From a virus (Duplodnaviria > Caudoviricetes): 64,000 bases of DNA. Each line of letters opens with the position of its first letter. The first letter of the stretch is position 1. The translations under genes and the position numbers were made by a program. Location of the stretch: the IMG/VR virus record IMGVR_UViG_3300024270_000002, one strand, 5' to 3'. The notes under the pieces are model-generated. The model did no database searches. It saw only the letters and a program-made list of their open reading frames with translations, and was not told where the DNA came from. Of this stretch, positions 11,333-18,984 are shown piece by piece.

Positions 11333-11445
11333 GAGCCAATACTTATTTCTAATGCTGGGAACTGTGTGTCGTAGGTTCAAATCCTACCTTGGCGACCATC
11401 GCCAAGTAGCTCAGTGGTAGAGCAATAGTTAATTATAGTTTGGCC
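11333..11445 (+). ncRNA. YrlA-like RNA: bulged-helix motif copy 3 enclosing a circularly permuted tRNA mimic
   Basis: Order is T-arm (gtagg ttcaaat cctac), closed acceptor (cttggcga cca tcgccaag), D-arm (gctc agtggta gagc); aactgt/atagtt stem. Confidence 0.8.
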
Positions 11446-11460
11446 TTAATAAAAAATATA

Positions 11461-11568
11461 AGCTGATTAGCTTAATGGCAAATCCTGGATGGTTTTACAC
11501 GTCAAATTAAGGGACAGAGCCCCTCCCTTTAAAGGAGGAGATTCCGTGTTCGACTCCGGAGTCAGCTT
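11461..11568 (+). tRNA. tRNA-like gene with UUA (ochre-suppressor) anticodon and ~35-nt D-loop insertion; may be a pseudo-tRNA
   Basis: agctgat/gtcagct acceptor; cctcc ctTTAaa ggagg; bulged T-stem; no encoded CCA. Confidence 0.5.
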
Positions 11569-11575
11569 TATATAT

Positions 11576-11764
11576 GCTCCAGTGGTGGAATTGGCAGACA
11601 CCCGGGACTTGTTTGAATAGTTTAAAGGTAAAACAGGAAGCCTAGTACTGATGTATTGAACAAAACGAGGAACAGCATCCAGATGTGAGTTCGAGTCTTA
11701 CTTTAAGCACCAAAAATCCCGTGCCCTTCGGGGCGTACCGGTTCGAGTCCGGTCTGGAGCACCA
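11576..11764 (+). tRNA. tRNA-Leu(UAA) interrupted by a nested tRNA-like element (11611-11712)
   Basis: gctccag/ctggagc acca; cggga CTT|AAAA tcccg after removing the insert; long variable arm. Confidence 0.85.
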
Positions 11765-11779
11765 TAGCAGTTTTGTTAA

Positions 11780-12549
11780 GGTCTGCAGAATTAAAAACTT
11801 AAATGACAGTTGGAAAGACAACCGACGGTTCCGGTGCGTAGTGGTTAGAAGCATCGACTTAGATATGGTAGTAAGCTAATACAACAATAACTACCCAATA
11901 GCTCATAACGTTAATAACGGTAAGTAGGCTGATAAGCAGAGTGAAACTGCTAAGTGTGTTGTGCATATCCACACTAATTAGTGAGTTGTTGAAAATTTTG
12001 AATACTGTAGATGCGAATATAGACGGAGTTAGAGATTATTAAGGCAAATCTTCGTTAGCCGATTGCGCGGGAGCTGCTTCTATGGCCGTAGGCTCCTTAC
12101 AGTATCCGTATCATATGAAGGGTGATGACCTTGCAAGTGGTGAAATGATATATCTGCTTGACGTGCTGATACGTATCAGACATATGGTCGGCGTTAGCCC
12201 ACCTCGAGTGCGTTAATCTCGAGTACTTATCGTGAGGGGTATTATTAGATTTCTGTTAGTTACATTTTTACGAATAACCGGTAGTCAAGCAGGACGATAA
12301 CTACTGCTTTGGGTATAACAGCATTTGTGGCTACTAGTTATCTCGACATTAAGGCTAATAAATTAAATAACACCTTGAGGCGGCGGAAAAGACTTAAGAG
12401 ACAAAGCGATGCCAAAGGGCTCCGAACGAATAAAAAGAGTTGAAAAAGTTGTAAGGCTGTAAAGAAGCTCGTACTCTTTTTGCTTATGTTGACGCTGAAA
12501 AGTATTGCATAAGACTTTGAGTCCAGGATGAGGTGTGGCTACGCAGACC
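11780..12549 (+). ncRNA. Large (~770 nt) structured non-coding RNA, family unassigned
   Basis: No credible ORF; ggtctgc/gcagacc closes the ends; many internal hairpins. Confidence 0.5.
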
Positions 12550-12562
12550 AACTTAAACAATG

Positions 12563-12640
12563 TGAACACTGGTGCAAATGGATAGCACACTGTCGTTAAA
12601 CCGGAAGACAGAGATTAAGGTTCGAGTCCTTAGGAACCCA
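12563..12640 (+). pseudogene. Degenerate tRNA-like sequence
   Basis: D, anticodon (12-nt loop) and T arms present; acceptor stem does not pair. Confidence 0.5.
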
Positions 12641-12720
12641 TTTTAATATTAGTGTCTAGGCGTAGAGTAGAGGTAAGTTATTTAGTTTATTAGTTAAGAT
12701 GTTTAAATTTTGTTTTATAT

Positions 12721-12795
12721 CCGTGAGATAGTTTAATTGGCAGAATGCCCGGTCTAACACACTGGGGGAGTACGGTTCGAGTCCGGTATCGCGGT
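12721..12795 (+). pseudogene. Degenerate tRNA-like sequence (AAC at anticodon position)
   Basis: ccgtga/tcgcgg; cccggt ctaacac actggg; ttcgagt loop. Confidence 0.5.
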
Positions 12796-13002
12796 ATTAC
12801 GTAATATAGAAAATTTAAGTAAGGCCATTGGGCGAGGAAGCTTTGTGTGGCTATCGTCGACTGTGAGAAAACTAATCAGTGCCAGGGAGGCTCCGAACCC
12901 CTGTATTAATATTGGTAGTGCTTTATTAATAAAAGGCGAAAACTGTCTGACTAACGTCTCACTAACGTACAGAAAGATTGCTACTAGCCTTCGGTGTCCT
13001 AT

Positions 13003-13078
13003 AGGGGTTTAGTTCAGTTGGTAGAACATTGGTCTCCAACACCAAGTGTCGGGGGTTCAAGTCCTCCAGCCCCTGCCA
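13003..13078 (+). tRNA. tRNA-Trp(CCA)
   Basis: Canonical cloverleaf, loop ctCCAac, 3' CCA. Confidence 0.9.
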
Positions 13079-13085
13079 TTAATAT

Positions 13086-13165
13086 AAGGCTATGGTGTAC
13101 GGCGCACAGCTCACCGGTCCAAACAAGTAGAAAGATTGGGGTTCAATTCCCTCGTAGCCTTGCCA
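13086..13165 (+). ncRNA. tRNA-like RNA with abnormal anticodon arm
   Basis: aaggcta/tagcctt gcca, D and T arms. Confidence 0.55.
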
Positions 13166-13167
13166 AT

Positions 13168-13256
13168 AGTATCGACGGAATAAAGACATGGGTTGAAATC
13201 CCACAGCGCCGCTATGGCGTGATAGTTTAGGTTGCGAGAACATTATTGAAGATACT
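13168..13256 (+). ncRNA. Second circularly permuted tRNA mimic (YrlA topology)
   Basis: agtatc/gatact closing stem; T-arm tggg ttgaaat ccca, closed acceptor gcgcc/ggcgt, D-arm gttt/gaac. Confidence 0.6.
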
Positions 13257-13264
13257 TTAATTAT

Positions 13265-13345
13265 GGGTAGTATGGCGGAAAGGTAGACGCGAGGGTCGCT
13301 CCCTTGGAGAAATCCGTGTAGGTTCAAATCCTACTGTGCCCACCA
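13265..13345 (+). ncRNA. Type-II tRNA-like RNA with 5-nt anticodon loop
   Basis: Leu/Ser-like D-arm and variable arm, T-arm, 3' CCA. Confidence 0.55.
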
Positions 13346-13447
13346 AGTCATTTGAAATAATTATTAAAACTCTTATAATTATTAAGACTTATAGAGTTGA
13401 CATAAGGAGAGACTAATGGCTGTTAGGAATAGACTAACTTTATTTAT

Positions 13448-13522
13448 GGGTATGTAGCATAACGGTAATGCTAAGCTTAAAGTGACGTACGGATGCAGGT
13501 TCGAATCCTGTCATATCCACCA
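13448..13522 (+). ncRNA. tRNA-like RNA lacking a paired anticodon stem
   Basis: gggtatg/catatcc acca; intact D and T arms. Confidence 0.55.
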
Positions 13523-13613
13523 ACCCGGAGAGAGTGAAATCCACGGTATCTGAAAAGCCTCCCTAAAGGCTTGAAGAGATCAGACAAGTGGTTAGGGACA
13601 TTTGTCAGATTTA

Positions 13614-13723
13614 TCTAAGTATGGTGTAGTGGGAACATGATTGCCCAGTAGCATTGAGGTTAAGGTGAGATTCCTTAAAAGAGCGAAAAGCATTCGTCGA
13701 AGGTTCGAGCCCTTCTATTTAGA
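13614..13723 (+). ncRNA. tRNA-like RNA with an insert containing a second T-arm in its anticodon loop
   Basis: tctaagta/tatttaga; internal taagg tgagatt cctta. Confidence 0.5.
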
Positions 13724-13995
13724 CTAAGGTCAGCACTTGAGAACAAGAGAGCAGGGGAAGTTAATATCGTAAGATAGTCGTGACTGCTTTTCATGGTGGA
13801 CCTATTAAAAAATAAAAATAATGTAGATTGGTGCTATTAAGTAATCGTAGGAACAACGATGAAAGATAAGCAATTACCAGAGTAAGGCGGATCTAAGGTA
13901 GGAGTGGTGAGCGAGACCCGATGCAGCCGTTCGATTCGGCAAGAAACCTTACAGCGGCATAGAGCCAGCGAAACTATGCATCTACATTTTTATAT

Positions 13996-14087
13996 TGAGG
14001 GATCGCCAAGTTGGGAAGGCACTGGGCTTTGACCCCAGCAGCGCGACTTATGTCCGATCGGGAGTTCGAGCCTCCCTCCCTCAGCCA
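13996..14087 (+). tRNA. tRNA-Gln(UUG) with enlarged variable region
   Basis: ctggg ctTTGac cccag; ~21-nt variable region; CCA. Confidence 0.8.
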
Positions 14088-14091
14088 ATAT

Positions 14092-14165
14092 TGCCCTCTA
14101 GCTTAATGGTAGAGTGTCCGGCTCTGACCCGGAAGGACGAGGTTCGATACCTTGGAGGGCAGCCA
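14092..14165 (+). tRNA. tRNA-Gln(CUG)
   Basis: tccgg ctCTGac ccgga; CCA. Confidence 0.85.
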
Positions 14166-14261
14166 GCTCCAGAGTATGACTATCCTTCAACAGAAAACTG
14201 AAAGCGTTAAGATTATAGGTACCTATAAGCTACGAGTAAAACAAAGAAGGAATTTTTATAT

Positions 14262-14379
14262 CACGGCATAGTTCATAGTAGAGCACCCAAATCCCAGGGA
14301 AGAGAGAAGTGTTGACGTTTCTTGATAGCTACAGGAAACTGAGCTGAAGAGGAGCAGGTCATGTCTGCTGCCGTGTCCA
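14262..14379 (+). ncRNA. tRNA-like RNA with ~65-nt insert replacing the anticodon arm
   Basis: cacggca/tgccgtg tcca; D-arm gttc/gagc. Confidence 0.5.
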
Positions 14380-14455
14380 TTAATTTAATAAATTAATAAA
14401 AAATTATTCGCTAAATTAATTAGAATCCAAAAATACTTTAAAGGAGAAAAATGCT

Positions 14456-14551
14456 ATGTTTAATACCAGTTCGTATAAAGCTATAAAGTCAGCCCATGGC
14501 CTCGCTATGCCATTTTCTCCAGAAGTAAAAGGATCTTTTTGCCCGCGTTAA
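14456..14551 (+). CDS. Small 31-aa peptide
   Basis: MFNTSSYKAIKSAHGLAMPFSPEVKGSFCPR between GCTAAATT motif/aaggag SD and a terminator hairpin at 14579-14615. Confidence 0.4.
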   Translation: MFNTSSYKAIKSAHGLAMPFSPEVKGSFCPR

Positions 14552-14851
14552 TATTTTCATGTCTATTAGAAGATAAGTAACGCTTGGGATTTTAAAAAAA
14601 TTCTGAGCGTTTTTTATTTTAATATGTGAAATTTTAGTTATTTGTACTGTATTATATAATACACTGGTTATAATATCGGTTTGATATATGCGGCTATATC
14701 AATGTATGAAGCGCCCTACGCCGAGGCGCCCCTAAACAGTTGTTCACCTTAAGCAACTTCTGTCTATATATAAATAGGTAAGTTGGTAGAGCACTCTGCT
14801 AAAAATTATTTGCTAAATTAAATGAGAGACTTAAAAAGGAGCTTATTTAAT

Positions 14852-15619
14852 ATGCAAAGAACTAAAACAACTTGCCAATACTGTAATAAAGAAATTTCGC
14901 TTTCTAATCTTCTTCGACATGAGGAAGCTTGTAAAGTTAAAATAAATAAAAAAAGTTATACCTTGACCCACGACGGACTTACTTGTCAGTTTTGTGGTAA
15001 ATCGTGTAAAAACAGAAATAGCTTGTGTAATCATGAGCGTTTATGTAAATTAAATCCAGAGCGCCAAACAGGCACTGGTTTTGATAATTTTAATAGGCAA
15101 CGAGCCACTGGTGAGATTACTACTTGGAATAAGGGTTTAACTAAGTACGAGTCTGAAAGTGTTCGTAAACAGTCTGAATCTTTGTCTATTTGGATTCAAG
15201 ATAATCCAAATGTTTATGGCGGTTTTAGACATAATACTGCACAGAAGTGTAAGTATGGCCGATATAATGGGTATTACTGTGATTCTAGCTGGGAGTTAGC
15301 TTTCTTACTTTACAGCTTGGATAATAAATTTGAAGTTCAACGTTGCACCGAGTCATTTGATTATGTGTTAAATGATAGAGTGCGAAAGTTTCATCCAGAC
15401 TTTAAAATTGGAAATACATACTATGAAATTAAAGGACGTTACAAAGAAGCTGATTATGAGAAGATTAAGCAGTTTCCAAAAGAGCTTACTTTAGTTGTTA
15501 TAGATAAAACCTCTATTGAACCTTACTTACAGTACTGTAAAGTAACATATGGTAAGGACTTTGATAGGCTGTATGACCGATCATTCCCGTCCTGGATGGA
15601 TAAGTTGGATTTAAAATAA
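14852..15619 (+). CDS. Free-standing PD-(D/E)xK (TnsA-like) endonuclease with N-terminal zinc fingers
   Basis: C2H2/C2HC fingers; DSSWELAF...FHPDF...YYEIKG. Confidence 0.75.
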   Translation: MQRTKTTCQYCNKEISLSNLLRHEEACKVKINKKSYTLTHDGLTCQFCGKSCKNRNSLCNHERLCKLNPERQTGTGFDNFNRQRATGEITTWNKGLTKYESESVRKQSESLSIWIQDNPNVYGGFRHNTAQKCKYGRYNGYYCDSSWELAFLLYSLDNKFEVQRCTESFDYVLNDRVRKFHPDFKIGNTYYEIKGRYKEADYEKIKQFPKELTLVVIDKTSIEPYLQYCKVTYGKDFDRLYDRSFPSWMDKLDLK

Positions 15620-15628
15620 TTCAACTAT

Positions 15629-15705
15629 GCGCCTGTAGCTCAGATGGAATGAGCAATCGACTTTTAATCGATGGGTCGCGGGTTCGAGTCCCGCCAGGCG
15701 CACCA
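15629..15705 (+). tRNA. tRNA-Lys(UUU)
   Basis: Canonical cloverleaf, ctTTTaa, CCA. Confidence 0.95.
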
Positions 15706-15725
15706 TAAACTTTTAGGAGCTATTT

Positions 15726-15923
15726 ATGAAGATTAAAGTTTGTTATACTTGCAAATATTGCGGTTATACTAATGAAATCACTAGTTTTTGGAAGTGGTTT
15801 TGGACGCCTCATTTTGGGGCTAAGAAGTGGATCAGATGTGAAGCTTGTAATGACAGGCACTTCATGGAAAGACAGAATTGGTCAGGTCCAAAGTGGCTTG
15901 ATTGGCCGAAAGATAGTAAGTAA
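15726..15923 (+). CDS. Small zinc-ribbon protein (paralog of C-terminus of 32467..32796)
   Basis: CxxC..SFWKW..PH..CxxC. Confidence 0.65.
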   Translation: MKIKVCYTCKYCGYTNEITSFWKWFWTPHFGAKKWIRCEACNDRHFMERQNWSGPKWLDWPKDSK

Positions 15924-15931
15924 GTTAATAT

Positions 15932-16095
15932 GGGGTAGGTAGTGAAGTGGCCAAACACGCGGACTGTAACTCCGTGCTTTACTGTATTGGACTTGCTTGA
16001 AGGAACTCGCGACTCTGAATAGTAAGATTCAATCAAGTTTAGGCGCGCATGTGACTTGTAAAGCTTCGCTGGTTCGAATCCAGCCCTCCCCACCA
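15932..16095 (+). tRNA. tRNA-Tyr(GUA) with giant (~90 nt) variable arm
   Basis: gcgga ctGTAac tccgt; gctttac/gtaaagc closes the insert; bulged acceptor; CCA. Confidence 0.7.
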
Positions 16096-16104
16096 AAATT
16101 TTAT

Positions 16105-16180
16105 GCACCTTTAGCTCAGTTGGTAGAGCAACTGACGCTTAATCAGTGGGTCCGGGGTTCGAGTCTCCGATGGCACACCA
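16105..16180 (+). pseudogene. tRNA-Lys(CUU)-like pseudogene
   Basis: G33 instead of U; three acceptor-stem mismatches. Confidence 0.65.
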
Positions 16181-16204
16181 GAAGTATTAAAAATATTATA
16201 ATAT

Positions 16205-16281
16205 CCTGCTGTAGGCTCAATTGGCAGAGCTTCTGACTTATAATCGGAGGGCTGGTGGTTCGATCCCACCCAGTAGGACCA
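16205..16281 (+). tRNA. tRNA-Ile(UAU)
   Basis: tctga ctTATaa tcgga; CCA. Confidence 0.8.
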
Positions 16282-16440
16282 GTATGGGAGTGTATCTAAT
16301 AAAGGAACCGTTATTAGGGATATACGTGTGCCAGCTTGGAGGGGAGCTGTGCGTAGGTTCGATAGCTCGATTTTCGCCAACTTCGCCAAAAATAATTTGC
16401 TAAATTTAATGTAAGAACATTGAATACGAGGTAAATTAAT

Positions 16441-17280
16441 ATGTCGAAAAACTTAATTTGTGTTTGTGGCGAAGAGTTTGATAATTCCCAAAAATTTAAT
16501 AGTCATAAAAGCCACTGTAAAGAACATTATATACATAAATATGGTAGCTTAGTAGAATATGAGGCACACAAAGCTTCTAAGCACAAGGCTGCAGGCAAAG
16601 CTTTACAAGTAAAAGCCGAAACAAATAAGCAAACTGCACTTGCTGCTTGGGTTGCTGAGCGACATAAATGTGAACGCTGTGGTGAACTTATGACTGCTAA
16701 GTTTGGGTCGGGGCGCTTTTGTTCAAGAACTTGTGCAAATGCTCGGGATCATTCTGAATGGACAAAAGAAAAGATCAGTCAGGCGCTTATCAAGCCTGAA
16801 GAGCTAAAAGTAAAAAGAATTAGACCAAAAACTGAGCCTAAGCCTAAAGTAATTAAAACTCAAGAGACTAAGGTATGTGCTGTTTGTGGAATAGCTATTA
16901 GTAAACATAGCGCTACGGGTTTCTGTTCTAAACATTTAACAGAACATAAGCAACAGTTAAAGTTGCAACATTGGCTTGAAACTGGCGATATTGGTATGGC
17001 TGTTGATACTACTATTCGTGGTATTTTTAGAGATTATATTCTAGAACAGCAAAATCATTGTTGTGCTATTTGTGGCATGTCAGATACTTGGAATAATAAA
17101 CCATTAACCTTTGTATTAGATCATATTAATGGAGATGCTGCTTATTCATCTCGTGAAAATCTTAGACTGATTTGCCCAAATTGCGATAGTCAGTTAGATA
17201 CTTTTAAATCTAAAAATAAGAATTCAGCACGAACTAAACGTAAAGAATTTTTACGTGAAATACGTGAAGAAGATAAATAA
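16441..17280 (+). CDS. Free-standing HNH endonuclease
   Basis: CAICG...LDHINGD...NLRLICPNCDSQ; zinc-binding FCSRTCAN motif. Confidence 0.85.
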   Translation: MSKNLICVCGEEFDNSQKFNSHKSHCKEHYIHKYGSLVEYEAHKASKHKAAGKALQVKAETNKQTALAAWVAERHKCERCGELMTAKFGSGRFCSRTCANARDHSEWTKEKISQALIKPEELKVKRIRPKTEPKPKVIKTQETKVCAVCGIAISKHSATGFCSKHLTEHKQQLKLQHWLETGDIGMAVDTTIRGIFRDYILEQQNHCCAICGMSDTWNNKPLTFVLDHINGDAAYSSRENLRLICPNCDSQLDTFKSKNKNSARTKRKEFLREIREEDK

Positions 17281-17281
17281 T

Positions 17282-17374
17282 GGAGGAATACTCAAGCTGG
17301 CCGAAGAGAGTGCTCTTGAAAAGTACCAGGACGTTAGCTGCGTCGCGGGGGTTCAAATCCCTCTTCCTCCGCCA
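17282..17374 (+). tRNA. tRNA-Ser(UGA)
   Basis: ctTGAaa, long variable arm, CCA. Confidence 0.9.
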
Positions 17375-17527
17375 TAAAACAAATAGTGTAATAGTGTTAA
17401 AAGTACGATCAATAAAATAGACACCTGCGAGATTAAGCAATCCTTAACGTTGAGATATTATGGACTCAAGTTTAAGTAGGTCCCAGTTGGAGAATCGGGA
17501 GTCTGGGTTACATTATTAAGTATTTAT

Positions 17528-17604
17528 GGGCCATTAGCTTAGTTGGTTAAAGCCACCGGCTCATAACCGGTCGAGCCGAGGTTCGAGTCCTCGATGGCCC
17601 ACCA
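17528..17604 (+). tRNA. tRNA-CAU, likely Ile2 (lysidine type)
   Basis: gggccat acceptor, accgg ctCATaa ccggt. Confidence 0.85.
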
Positions 17605-17670
17605 AAAATATATAAGAAAGTAGAGGTATTCATTATGCGATTATAAATTTTAATTAAGGAGTAAACGCAA

Positions 17671-18048
17671 ATGAATAACAGACATAAGTATTTCAGAAAT
17701 CTTCGCTACAAGCAGAAACTTGAAGCCAGATATGATAACTGGGGTGAACATCACACTGGAATTTATTTTACTACAGAAGAGCCTGATCCTAGAAACATTA
17801 GAGAGCATCAGCATGCTAGATGGTTTAGAAATGAAAAGTTTCTTGGACATGATTGGTATCTTTGCTGGCATCGTCCTGAAGTACCTTACAGTATTAGGGA
17901 ATATACTTATCATACCAGTAGCTGGAAACAGCTTATGAAGCAGCAGACCTCGAGACGTAATCGTCGTATTAAAATTACAGAAGATGATGTTGCTGTAAGA
18001 GAAAAAGGTTTCTACAAAAAAGTAGAAGATCGTTGGAATTATGACTAA
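17671..18048 (+). CDS. Basic hypothetical protein
   Basis: aaggag SD; ORF track. Confidence 0.7.
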   Translation: MNNRHKYFRNLRYKQKLEARYDNWGEHHTGIYFTTEEPDPRNIREHQHARWFRNEKFLGHDWYLCWHRPEVPYSIREYTYHTSSWKQLMKQQTSRRNRRIKITEDDVAVREKGFYKKVEDRWNYD

Positions 18049-18079
18049 AACTTTGATCATTGATATTGTATAATATAAT

Positions 18080-18462
18080 AAGCTGAATAGTGAGTAAAAA
18101 TCCATTCCTGGTATGCTTTCACGTACAGACTCTATCAACAAGGACCTGTACAATCCTATGATAGAGGAAGGCAGAGATTAGCGCAAAGATGGTGTAAGGG
18201 GAGCATCTGCAGCGGTTTGAGTGCTGCGGGGATCCGTTCGAATCGGATGAGCGTGCCAAACAAGAAAAATCTCTTAAAAATACTGCGAATGAAAAAGATG
18301 TGCCCACAAACTAGACTTACTACTTATTAAATTAATCACACATAAAGTAGCATTTAGTCTGGGAGTAAAAATGGATTGAAGATTAATAAGCAACTTTTCC
18401 TTGACGGTGCGCAACGGCTCGGAAACACATCTCCTATGTCTGAAACTGATATAGTTCAGCTT
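18080..18462 (+). ncRNA. ~380-nt structured RNA containing an embedded tRNA-like domain (18181-18258)
   Basis: aagctgaa/ttcagctt termini, aatccatt/aatggatt, agatgtg/cacatct; starts right after promoter motif. Confidence 0.5.
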
Positions 18463-18468
18463 TTATTT

Positions 18469-18545
18469 CGCTCTGTAGCTCAGTTGGTTAGAGCAACCGG
18501 TTCATACCCGGTAGGTCCTTGGTTCAAATCCAAGCGGAGCGACCA
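18469..18545 (+). tRNA. tRNA-Met(CAU), elongator type
   Basis: accgg ttCATac ccggt; CCA. Confidence 0.9.
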
Positions 18546-18575
18546 TTAAAAATAAAAATATTGTGAGGTAAGTTT

Positions 18576-18899
18576 ATGAGTAGAACTAGAGCTTATACAC
18601 GTAAAATGAGAGCCAAGGCAATCAAGCGTAAGAAGAGAATTGTTTCTAATTGGCGTTGGTTTGAAAGTGGATATTATCCTCACGATGGTATGTATTCCAA
18701 AAATAAGATTCATTGTTCTTGTCCTCTTTGTAAGAGTAAAGCTTATTATGGAAAGCATCTTTTTACAAGGCAAGAAGTACACGCTCTCTTGAAGCTTCAA
18801 GAGGCAGAAAGAGAATGTACATATAATGAAGCTACTGGTACTTTTAGTATTGCTTCAGGTAATAGCGACGCAAATCAGAAGGTATCATGGGCAGAATAA
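18576..18899 (+). CDS. Basic hypothetical protein with HCSCPLC motif
   Basis: SD gagg; ORF track. Confidence 0.7.
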   Translation: MSRTRAYTRKMRAKAIKRKKRIVSNWRWFESGYYPHDGMYSKNKIHCSCPLCKSKAYYGKHLFTRQEVHALLKLQEAERECTYNEATGTFSIASGNSDANQKVSWAE

Positions 18900-18900
18900 T

Positions 18901-18984
18901 GCAGGTGTAGCCGAATGGCATAGGCGCTAGTTTGAGGTACTAGTGGGTAACACCGTATGGGTTCAAGTCCCATCACCTGCACCA
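18901..18984 (+). tRNA. tRNA-Leu(GAG)
   Basis: ctagt ttGAGgt actag; variable arm; CCA. Confidence 0.9.

Noticed and set aside
11611-11712. Group I intron in tRNA-Leu(UAA), a known insertion site
   Set aside because: Too short, no P3-P7 core or terminal omega-G; folds as a cloverleaf ending in CCA
16285-16388. tRNA upstream of the HNH gene
   Set aside because: Only a partial arm and GGTTCGA remain; no acceptor pairing
18290-18462. Group I intron core (CAACGGCT, GATATAGTTC words)
   Set aside because: P7 cannot be formed and no exons are apparent
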